The position numbers and the translations under genes are program-made. Source: an uncultured Leptospirales bacterium (lineage in GTDB: Bacteria; Spirochaetota; UBA4802; UBA5550). Taken from it: a stretch of DNA of 29,540 bases. Below the pieces are notes generated by a model that was given only the letters and a program-made list of their open reading frames with translations, was not told the origin of the DNA and made no database searches. Shown in pieces: positions 9,435 through 17,538 of this stretch (position 1 is the first letter of the stretch; the number at the start of each line of letters is the position of its first letter). The stretch is taken from contig CAYNFB010000011.1 of assembly GCA_964396355.1 (NCBI GenBank), positions 1 through 29,540 on the forward strand, given 5' to 3'.

Positions 9435-10628
9435 ATGGAAAAACAGATATATCTTGATAATAATGCCACAACAATGGTGTCGCCTGAAGTACTCGAGGCT
9501 ATGCTTCCCTTCTATAAAGATAAGTACGGCAATGCATCCAGCATGCACTTCTTCGGCGGACGCGTTGCCCGAGATATCGATGTAGCCAGACAGCATGTTG
9601 CGGATCTTATCGGAGCAGACCACGATTATGAAATTACATTTACAGGAAGTGCAACAGAGAGTGATAATCTCGCTATAAGAGGAATTACTTCATATTTTAA
9701 GGATAAGAAACACGTTGTTACATCTACAGTCGAACATCCGGCGGTTCTCAGTCTTTGCAGGCAGCTGGAAAAGGAAGGTTTCAGAGTTACCTATGTGCCA
9801 GTGGATTCCAACGGTGTTGTAGATCTTGAAATTCTTAAGGAATCTGTTAATGACGAAACCGCACTGGTTTCCATAATGCATGCGAACAATGAAACAGGCG
9901 TCATTATGCCTGTTGAGGAAATAGGCCGATTCTGCCGCGACAGGGGAGTTATATTTCATGTCGACGGAGTTCAGGCCGCAGGGAAGATACCTGTTTATGT
10001 AAACAGTATTAATTGTGATTTCTATTCAATCTCGGCTCATAAATTTCACGGTCCCAAGGGAATGGGCGCTCTCTACGTGCGTAGAGGTTCCCGTATGAGG
10101 CCCATGATTTTCGGCGGCCATCAGGAAAAGGGAAGACGGCCGGGAACTGAAAATGTTCCGGGTATTGCCGGAATGGGAAAGGCTGCAGAGCTTGCAATGC
10201 TTCACCTTAAGGATATGGACGGAGTCGCCAACCTGAGAGACAGGCTTCAGGAGAACATCCTGTCCACGGTGGGAACATCATCTGTCAATGGAGGAGACGT
10301 TCTGCGTACTCCAAATACTGCAAATATATCATTTGAATTTATTGAGGGTGAGTCCATACTTCTGTATCTTGATCAGAAGGGCGTTTTTGTCTCAACCGGT
10401 TCGGCATGTTCAACAGGGTCTCTTGAGCCCTCTCATGTTTTACGGGCAATGAATACTCCATTTTCAAAAATTCACGGTTCCATAAGGTTCAGTCTAAGCA
10501 GGTATACAACTGCAGAAGAAATCGATTATACGCTGAAAGTAATACCTGGTGTCATCGAGACACTTCTTAACATCTCTCCGTTCTGGGATAATGAAACAAA
10601 AGTCGGAAAGATAATGCATCAGTCATAG
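9435..10628 (+). CDS. nifS: Cysteine desulfurase NifS
   Basis: YLDNNATT, SAHKFHGPKG (PLP Lys), GSACST...SHVL; directly follows nifU. Confidence 0.95.
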   Translation: MEKQIYLDNNATTMVSPEVLEAMLPFYKDKYGNASSMHFFGGRVARDIDVARQHVADLIGADHDYEITFTGSATESDNLAIRGITSYFKDKKHVVTSTVEHPAVLSLCRQLEKEGFRVTYVPVDSNGVVDLEILKESVNDETALVSIMHANNETGVIMPVEEIGRFCRDRGVIFHVDGVQAAGKIPVYVNSINCDFYSISAHKFHGPKGMGALYVRRGSRMRPMIFGGHQEKGRRPGTENVPGIAGMGKAAELAMLHLKDMDGVANLRDRLQENILSTVGTSSVNGGDVLRTPNTANISFEFIEGESILLYLDQKGVFVSTGSACSTGSLEPSHVLRAMNTPFSKIHGSIRFSLSRYTTAEEIDYTLKVIPGVIETLLNISPFWDNETKVGKIMHQS

Positions 10629-10673
10629 GCGCAAACTCTCCCACGCAGGCGCTAATTGCCTGGTTCGGAAAAT

Positions 10674-10707
10674 CCGCAATCTGTGTCGTATACAGAACAG
10701 ATTGCGG
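10674..10707. terminator. Hairpin between convergent nifS and the 10735 gene
   Basis: CCGCAATCTGT / ACAGATTGCGG perfect 11-bp stem, 12-nt loop; no clear U-tract. Confidence 0.55.
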
Positions 10708-10734
10708 GACAATCCCTCAGGGGCAACCCTGAAT

Positions 10735-11091
10735 TTATTCCTGAGGGGGATCGACCGGTTCTTCGTCTACTGAGCCGCCCAGATTCTTTATTTTTTCCTT
10801 TCTGCTGCGGCAGTCCTCTTCTATTTTCACAATTTTATCCATGAGATTCTTCATGCTGCTGTCTGCATAAACGTCCTTCTTATCCTTGTAGAGATCGTGG
10901 GTAATCTCCCCAAGATCGGCCAGGAGATCCTGAAGATTTCTTCTCTCAAGGAATAGATCTTTCTTTAACTGCACAAAAGATACGCCGTCCTTTCCCTTCT
11001 CTGCTGCTGTCTCGGCGCCCTCTTTTATTCCGTCAACAGCCATGTTTATACCCTTGAGTACTATATCTTTCACCTCTGTCCAGTATGCCAT
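10735..11091 (-). CDS. Hypothetical coiled-coil protein
   Basis: 118 aa ORF with GGAGG RBS; charged heptad-like sequence. Confidence 0.75.
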   Translation of the reverse strand: MAYWTEVKDIVLKGINMAVDGIKEGAETAAEKGKDGVSFVQLKKDLFLERRNLQDLLADLGEITHDLYKDKKDVYADSSMKNLMDKIVKIEEDCRSRKEKIKNLGGSVDEEPVDPPQE

Positions 11092-11136
11092 TCTTGGCCT
11101 CCATTATCATGTATTAAGTCTATAATATATTGTAAT

Positions 11137-13707
11137 TTGAAAAAAACAAGAAAAAACAATCTGCCCGTGCGTGCAGCTTTATTTATTGACTCAGAAGATG
11201 ACCTCTTCTTAAGTGATATTTCTGAAATTTTCAATATAGATGGTGCAATGGACGAAAGAAAAGTAAGATCCATTCTGGGAGACCGGTGTTATCATGAATC
11301 GCTTAACCTCCTTCAGATGGGACATGTTAAAAAAATGGACATCAGGCCTGATCTCGTGAAAGGCGAGGTATCGGGAGACTATGTGGATTTGTTCAATGTG
11401 GATATAGAGCTGAACAGTTCCGGAATACCGACCGGGCTGCTCTGTTCCTGCAGCGGATCGGGGATATGTGTTCACATGGGCGCTGTGCTCATAAACTACA
11501 TAAAAAAAAAGGGCGTTCCATCGGTTTCCCCTCCTGCAAAGAAAGAGATAAAGAAAAGTCATGGCAACAGGCTTCCCGGTAGAGGTAATTTTAATATAGT
11601 AGAAAAAAAAGGACTGCCTCTGGTGGAGGTGGATGCCAGGGGAGACGTGAGCAGTCTGAGAATTTTCTTCGACTACGATGATAAGAGGATCGCCGGTGAT
11701 AATCCCGAGGAGCTGATTTATTCCGGAACAAAGGAGACTGGCAGGAGAGCCAACTCTGCGCTGAAGCGGGATATGGTCTTTGAGAGAGAGACCATAACTC
11801 AGCTGTCTGAGCTGTTTGCCCGGGACATTTGTGATTCTCAAAGCGGGAGGAGAATAAATTTTATCCTGAATCTTGATCTTCGCAATTTACTGAAGCGCTA
11901 CGGTGATGAACTGAAGAAATCAGGAATCTCCGTAAAGATAAAGGGCAGCAGTATAAAAATTGAACATTTCGGAGGCAGTCTCTCAATTTCTTCGGCCAGG
12001 AGAGAAAACTGGTTTGATATTACAGTCCGCTGCGATGCAGGTCAGGGCAGGGTTCTGGATATCTCTGATGATGGACGTCTCCTCGACAGGGGACTTGTCA
12101 ACACTCCAGGGGGGCTTGTTCTGCTTGATGAAGAGGATGCTGTACTGATGAGGCATCTTGCGGCCAGCGGCATGGAAGGCGGGAGTCTGACCGCATCCCG
12201 TTATGATCTTAATCTGCTGAATGATCTTGAACATCAAGGTGCGGGAATAAAGGGCTTTGGTGATTTCCTGAGAATTTCTGAGAAGCTAAATCTCCCCGGG
12301 GAATTTGACTCTCCTCCATCGTCTCTTTTCAATGGGACTCTCCGGGGCTATCAGCAGGAGGGGTACCGGTGGCTGAATTTTCTCCGTGAGAACGAACTGA
12401 GCGGATGCCTGGCCGATGATATGGGTCTTGGAAAGACTGTTCAGGTGATTGCCCTTCTTGCGGAACTTAAGAAGAGGAAACTTCCAGGGCCATGCCTGAT
12501 TGTTCTTCCTGTTGTCACCCTGTCAAACTGGGAGAGGGAACTTGAAAAATTTGCTCCTTCACTGAAAGTTATCAGACACGGAGGAAAGGGCAGAGATTTT
12601 AAACCGGCAGACTGCAGTGATGTTGACGTAGTTCTTGTAAGTTATCAGAAACTGAGAAATGATATACTGATTTTTGGAGCCGTGAAATTTTTCTATATAA
12701 TACTCGATGAGGCTCAGAATATAAAGAATCCGCTGTCAAAAACATTCCGGGCTCTGAAACGGCTCAGGTCGGTTCACAGACTTGCTCTTACCGGCACACC
12801 GGTTGAGAACAGTCTTTCCGATCTGTGGGCAGTCATGGATTTTCTTAATCCGGGACTGCTGGGGGATCTTTCTAAATTCAAAGACCGCTTTAATCCCGAT
12901 TACAGCGAATCGGTGAAAAAACTTTCTCTCATGGTCAGCCCCTTTATTCTCAGAAGAAAGAAGGAGGACGTTCTCCCTGAGCTGCCTCCGCTTGAAGAGT
13001 CTGTGCTCTATGTAGAGATGGGCCAAAAACAGAGAGATGTTTATGATTCATATCTTCAGCGGGTGCGGGAATCTCTTGAGACGGCAATGAAGGAAAAGGG
13101 AAACGGCAGAGCCTCCATGGATGTGCTGTCTGCTCTTCTCAGGCTGAGGCAGATCTGCCTGTTTCCTGAACTTGCCGATGAAAAATTTTCAGGAAGCGGT
13201 TCCTGTAAGCTGAAAACGCTCAATCTGATGCTCGATCAGATTCTGCCTGAGGGCCACAGAGTTCTGATTTTTTCTCAGTTCGTTCAGTCTCTGAATCTGA
13301 TAAAGTTATCTTTAGAAGAGAGGAAGATAAATTACGCTTATATCAACGGCTCAACAAAGGACCGCGGGGCGGAGATCGACCGGTTTCAGAATCAGAAGGA
13401 TGTGAAGGTCTTTCTTCTAAGCCTGAAGGCGGGCGGCGTGGGAGTAAATCTCACCGGTGCGGATTACGTATTCCTCTTCGATCCATGGTGGAATCCTGCT
13501 GTCGAGTCCCAGGCGATAGACCGGAGCCACCGCATGGGACAGGAGGAGAAGGTCGTTGCTTACAGAATGATTGTCCGCGATTCTGTGGAGGAAAAGGTGG
13601 TGAAGCTGCAGAACCGCAAACGTCATATGGCAGAGTATATCCTCTCATCCTCATCCTCAGTGCTTAAGTCCCTCTCCGATGATGAGGTAATGGAGCTCTT
13701 CAGGTAA
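11137..13707 (+). CDS. SWIM zinc finger + SNF2-family helicase/ATPase
   Basis: CSC...CVH SWIM; LADDMGLGKT, ILDEAQ, LTGTPVEN, LRRKK, LIFSQF, SLKAGGVGVNL, WWNPAVESQAIDRSHRMGQ. The true start may be ATG 11248. Confidence 0.93.
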   Translation: MKKTRKNNLPVRAALFIDSEDDLFLSDISEIFNIDGAMDERKVRSILGDRCYHESLNLLQMGHVKKMDIRPDLVKGEVSGDYVDLFNVDIELNSSGIPTGLLCSCSGSGICVHMGAVLINYIKKKGVPSVSPPAKKEIKKSHGNRLPGRGNFNIVEKKGLPLVEVDARGDVSSLRIFFDYDDKRIAGDNPEELIYSGTKETGRRANSALKRDMVFERETITQLSELFARDICDSQSGRRINFILNLDLRNLLKRYGDELKKSGISVKIKGSSIKIEHFGGSLSISSARRENWFDITVRCDAGQGRVLDISDDGRLLDRGLVNTPGGLVLLDEEDAVLMRHLAASGMEGGSLTASRYDLNLLNDLEHQGAGIKGFGDFLRISEKLNLPGEFDSPPSSLFNGTLRGYQQEGYRWLNFLRENELSGCLADDMGLGKTVQVIALLAELKKRKLPGPCLIVLPVVTLSNWERELEKFAPSLKVIRHGGKGRDFKPADCSDVDVVLVSYQKLRNDILIFGAVKFFYIILDEAQNIKNPLSKTFRALKRLRSVHRLALTGTPVENSLSDLWAVMDFLNPGLLGDLSKFKDRFNPDYSESVKKLSLMVSPFILRRKKEDVLPELPPLEESVLYVEMGQKQRDVYDSYLQRVRESLETAMKEKGNGRASMDVLSALLRLRQICLFPELADEKFSGSGSCKLKTLNLMLDQILPEGHRVLIFSQFVQSLNLIKLSLEERKINYAYINGSTKDRGAEIDRFQNQKDVKVFLLSLKAGGVGVNLTGADYVFLFDPWWNPAVESQAIDRSHRMGQEEKVVAYRMIVRDSVEEKVVKLQNRKRHMAEYILSSSSSVLKSLSDDEVMELFR

Positions 13708-14115
13708 TTTGTTGACATTTTGTTCCAGGTGATGCATATTGCGGGGGATGACCTGAATTGAAAGATAATAGAAGTATTGAAAATAATCTCTTATTCTATC
13801 TTTTCCCCGGTTCATACCTGCGATGCTCTTAGGAGTCTCAACTTCTGTGAACAAGATGCTGCTCGTTAATCTCATTTTCTTTGCTCTGGCCGGGTTTCTC
13901 TACTGCGCTGCAGTTGCCGCCTTTCCTATCATGTGTATATAATGCACAGGTGCAGATGATTTATCTGTTATGATAATAATATCGAGGTGTTAAAAATGCT
14001 GAAAAATTGCAGATCAGCAGCTTTTTTTTAAGTAAAAAGCTTGTAATTTATTTTAATTTATTCTATTGGATATCAGCTCAAATCAATGGAGCATTTTTTA
14101 TTAAGGATGGTTTTT

Positions 14116-14352
14116 ATGAAAAAAATCATTGTTCTTCTCATATCAATTTTATCTGTTGCAGTTCTTTTGACAGCTGCTGAAACATCAGGTAAAAAAGCGG
14201 TTAAATCACAATCCCTCAAAGCTTGTAAAATTGAATTAAGAAAATGCGTTAAAGAAGCCAAAAAAAGCCCTAAAGGTGAAAGAAAGGCTAAAGTCGCTGA
14301 ATGCAGGAAAACTTTTATAGACTGCCGTACTGAGTGTAAAAAAACAAAATAG
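14116..14352 (+). CDS. Small secreted Lys/Cys-rich cationic protein
   Basis: AAGGA RBS; signal peptide MKKIIVLLISILSVAVLLTA; mature part has 16 Lys, 4 Arg and 5 Cys. Confidence 0.7.
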   Translation: MKKIIVLLISILSVAVLLTAAETSGKKAVKSQSLKACKIELRKCVKEAKKSPKGERKAKVAECRKTFIDCRTECKKTK

Positions 14353-14392
14353 TTAAAAAAATAATTTTAGTGTATTAGTTTTTATTTTGCGT

Positions 14393-14431
14393 GAGGGACT
14401 GTCTGAAAAATTAATCAGATAGGACAGTCTC
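14393..14431. repeat. Imperfect inverted repeat (terminator or IS-end/REP-like scar)
   Basis: GAGGGACTGTCTGAAAAA...TCAGATAGGACAGTCTC; GACTGTC/GACAGTC arms. Confidence 0.5.
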
Positions 14432-14726
14432 TTCCGTTGTTAGAATATAAAGGTTTTACAGACCTGTAAATGGACAATGTAGTAATACCTCTTATTCTGT
14501 AAATTAATTTTAACTGTCTCACCTTGTATCTCTGATAATAATTCTAATACTGTCTTCAGAAAATATATAACTACAACTACTTATAAAGAGAGATTAATAT
14601 TTAATGCGGCAGAGCTGCCATTAGGATATACCTTGCTATAAATAGCTTACAGGCTATGCTTAATTGGTGTTGACTTTTTGCCATTTTTGATTTTTCATGA
14701 TGAAAAAGTTTTACCGGGGGGATAAT

Positions 14727-15770
14727 ATGAATTCAATATACTCAAGTATCAGGATGGGTTTTCCTGCAACCGAATCCGGAGTTGAAATATCTATTCTTAA
14801 AAAACTCTTTACGGAGAGTGATGCGGAATTTTTTCTGAATCTCTCCCCTAAACTTGAATTTGCCGATGATATAGCTTCAAGATTAAATCTTTCCGTCGAA
14901 GAGGTTGAAACCAGACTGGAAGATATGACCGGCAAAGGGCTGATATTCAGACAGGAATCGGGCGGTAATCACAGATACGGCGCTATTCCTTTTATGCACG
15001 GCCTTGCTGAATTTCAGGTAAGAAAAATCGATGAAGAGCTGTCCTTCCTCCTTCAGCAGTATTTTGAAGAAGCTTATAATAAGAATATTTCGGATAACGC
15101 AGATCTTTTTCTTCGGGTGATCCCTGTGCAGAAATATGTCGATATTGAACATCACGTAGCCTCATATGATGATGCCTCTGCCATACTGGACAATGCAGAT
15201 ATTATAGCCGTGACTGACTGTCTGTGCAGAACACAGAAGAATATTATGGGTGTAGGATGTTCAAGGCCCCTTGAGACCTGTTTTATGTTCGGTTCCATGG
15301 CTCAGTATTATATAGATAATAATCTGGGCAGAAAGGTAGGAAAGGAAGAGGCCCGGAAAATTGTAGCAGAGGCTCAGAAGGCCGGGCTCGTCACTCAGCC
15401 GGGTACCTCTCAGAATCCTGCGGGAATGTGCAACTGCTGCGGAGACTGCTGTGCTGTTCTTGGCGCCATTAAGAAATATCCCAATCCCGGAGAGATCGTC
15501 TTCTCCAACCACTTTGCTTTAATTGAAAAGGAGAACTGCATCGGCTGCGGCGCGTGTATCGATATCTGTCCCATGGAAGCAATTGAAATGGACAGCGATG
15601 AAAAGGCTGAAGTTAATCTTAAGAGGTGTATCGGCTGCGGTCTCTGCTTTACTGCATGTGACTTTGATGCTGTAAAACTCAATGAAAAAACAGATAAGGA
15701 AAAAAAAGAAGTCCCTGCAAACAGCAGAGATCAAATGATGCAGATGGCTAAGAAACGCGGTATCATATAA
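14727..15770 (+). CDS. Fe-S protein: N-terminal winged-helix-like region, Cys-rich centre, C-terminal 2x[4Fe-4S] ferredoxin
   Basis: CLCR, GC..PLETC, CNCCGDCC, then CIGCGACIDICP and CIGCGLCFTAC; GGGGGG RBS before ATG 14727. Confidence 0.85.
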   Translation: MNSIYSSIRMGFPATESGVEISILKKLFTESDAEFFLNLSPKLEFADDIASRLNLSVEEVETRLEDMTGKGLIFRQESGGNHRYGAIPFMHGLAEFQVRKIDEELSFLLQQYFEEAYNKNISDNADLFLRVIPVQKYVDIEHHVASYDDASAILDNADIIAVTDCLCRTQKNIMGVGCSRPLETCFMFGSMAQYYIDNNLGRKVGKEEARKIVAEAQKAGLVTQPGTSQNPAGMCNCCGDCCAVLGAIKKYPNPGEIVFSNHFALIEKENCIGCGACIDICPMEAIEMDSDEKAEVNLKRCIGCGLCFTACDFDAVKLNEKTDKEKKEVPANSRDQMMQMAKKRGII

Positions 15771-15787
15771 ACTTTATACTGCAGAGG

Positions 15788-16234
15788 GTGAAAGAACTGT
15801 ACTACGGGGCAATGACACAGGAACAGAGAGATCAGATGCTTAAGTCTGAGCTTGATGATGACATGGTTCTTCTTATATAAAAATATTCTTTAAGGTCTGA
15901 TTCCTCTAACTACTGGGTGTCAGACAGAGAGAATACAATTCCCCACAGGATTTTTAAACAGAGCTATCTTAAGAAGAATGATCTTATGTCTGCTCTCTTT
16001 CGTATTCACGGGCTCTGCTTTGCCAAGGTGAACTATTTCAGGAATAATCGTGAAAAATATCGGCCCTATGTATATGATCTTGAGAACGGATTTCGGGAAA
16101 CAGAGTGGTGGGATGCTGAATTTTTAAAACACATGGACAGCGGTCTTTGTCTGGACTTCAGACAGCTCAATGGAATTACAGAGATTGAGAAGTTTTATAT
16201 TTTCTGTGCTCATCTTGAAAGTCTGGAAAAGTAA
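15788..16234 (+). pseudogene. Hypothetical gene interrupted by one in-frame TAA
   Basis: GTG 15788 is in frame with the 15917..16234 ORF; the only stop between them is TAA 15878-15880. Confidence 0.55.
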
Positions 16235-16279
16235 ATGCCGATGAACGTGTGTTTGCAGATTTATGTATGAGATTGTTTT

Positions 16280-16309
16280 TTCCCTTCCCCTTTTTTTCAG
16301 GGAAGGGAA
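16280..16309. terminator. Hairpin between convergent genes
   Basis: TTCCCTTCCC / GGGAAGGGAA 10-bp stem; no downstream U-tract on either strand. Confidence 0.4.
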
Positions 16310-16339
16310 TGAATACGGTATACCGGATTCAGTAAATCT

Positions 16340-17161
16340 TTACTTCCAGGTTACTTTCGATTCTCTTAAGGGCATTCTGTGGTATTTAAATTTGGGGTAT
16401 CCAGTCAGCATAGTTCCCTGGAGGGAATGTCCCTTCGGCAGATTCAGGTGATCCTTCAGCGGCTGCCACATCATTGCCGCCCATGTGAGAAATCCTCCCC
16501 AGCAGCAGCCAAGGCCGAATGAGGGTGCTGCCATCTCGAAGTGAGACAGTGCAATAGTCCCGGCCTGTGCAGCATTGGGATTCTTCTTGTCTCCGTGTGC
16601 TATTATAACTGCGTGACAGGAATGGGTTATAACATCGATATTGAATTCCCAGGCCTTGATTATCATGTCAAAGTGCCATTCTGCCGCCATCTCGGGCGAA
16701 TTCTTCTGCATATCTTTCATCCAGTCCACTACCATGACTGCCATTTCCTTAATTTTTTCTCTCCCTTCTATGACTGTCCACTCAACGGGTCTTGAATTGT
16801 GACCCGACGGGGCGCATGATGCTGTATCAATAATCTGTTCAATTACAGCTTTTTCAACCGGTAGGTCTTTGAATTTCCTCACAGATCTTCTTGCTTTCAT
16901 GTAGCCTGTGATTTTTTCCGGTCCTGGATTGTAATCTTCGGAGATATCTATGCATTTATCTGCACTCATTGTCTTCAGGCTGAAAGCCCCTTCAGGGCAT
17001 ACTGATACGCAGTGTCCGCAGTCTATGCAGAGTTTTTCCGCATATGAGGCCGGTTCAGGAATTTTTGAATCCTTTTTCATTATAATTATCTGCATAGGGC
17101 ATTCTGCCATGCATATTTTACAGCTGGTGCATTTATTCTGGTCAATCGTAAATAGAGACAT
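16340..17161 (-). CDS. Nitroreductase-family protein with N-terminal 2x[4Fe-4S] ferredoxin domain
   Basis: CTSCKICMAECP, CIDCGHCVSVCP; RRSVRKF, APSGHN.RP, GLGCCWGG; GAGG RBS. Confidence 0.93.
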   Translation of the reverse strand: MSLFTIDQNKCTSCKICMAECPMQIIIMKKDSKIPEPASYAEKLCIDCGHCVSVCPEGAFSLKTMSADKCIDISEDYNPGPEKITGYMKARRSVRKFKDLPVEKAVIEQIIDTASCAPSGHNSRPVEWTVIEGREKIKEMAVMVVDWMKDMQKNSPEMAAEWHFDMIIKAWEFNIDVITHSCHAVIIAHGDKKNPNAAQAGTIALSHFEMAAPSFGLGCCWGGFLTWAAMMWQPLKDHLNLPKGHSLQGTMLTGYPKFKYHRMPLRESKVTWK

Positions 17162-17453
17162 GTCAAACCTCTTCTTTCTATATTAGTTCAATTCCATTTT
17201 TCCCGGAGTGTGTGATAAAAGCAATAATATTATTGAAAATCGCCACCGGCCTGCTCAGCAGCAGATTTAATATAGCCGAAAGTGATTTCATCGTTTATAA
17301 TGACGGGATTGTCTGATTACTGCTGGAGATTCGGTGGTGAAATTGTCTAGCATTGTGAAGAAACCGACTTATCTGTCGGTTATTTGCATCGGTGCAGTTC
17401 AGATATTACAATAAAGTAAAAAAATATTTTACGTAATTTTAACAATTGATTAA

Positions 17454-17482
17454 TTGTCTTTAAAATTAAATATATGTTTAAT
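17454..17482 (+). promoter_or_regulatory. Candidate sigma70 promoter of the paaK-ior operon
   Basis: TTGTCT (17454-17459), 17 bp, TTTAAT (17477-17482). The AT-rich context lowers significance. Confidence 0.4.
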
Positions 17483-17538
17483 ATTTAAAGACTCAGAGAC
17501 TTAATGTAAAATATTGTACAGATGATTGCGAGGGATGA

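Noticed and set aside
10629-10734. tRNA-like or selC candidate after nifS (GGTTCG motif)
   Set aside because: No cloverleaf, anticodon arm or CCA; the hairpins are better explained as terminators.
13657-13875. 72 aa minus-strand ORF
   Set aside because: Overlaps the SNF2 3' end and has no recognisable features; probably a shadow ORF.
17442-17488. AT-rich palindromes (ACAATT-N4-AATTGT; TTAAATAT-N7-ATATTTAA) at the paaK promoter
   Set aside because: Expected by chance in very AT-rich DNA, with no cognate regulator nearby.
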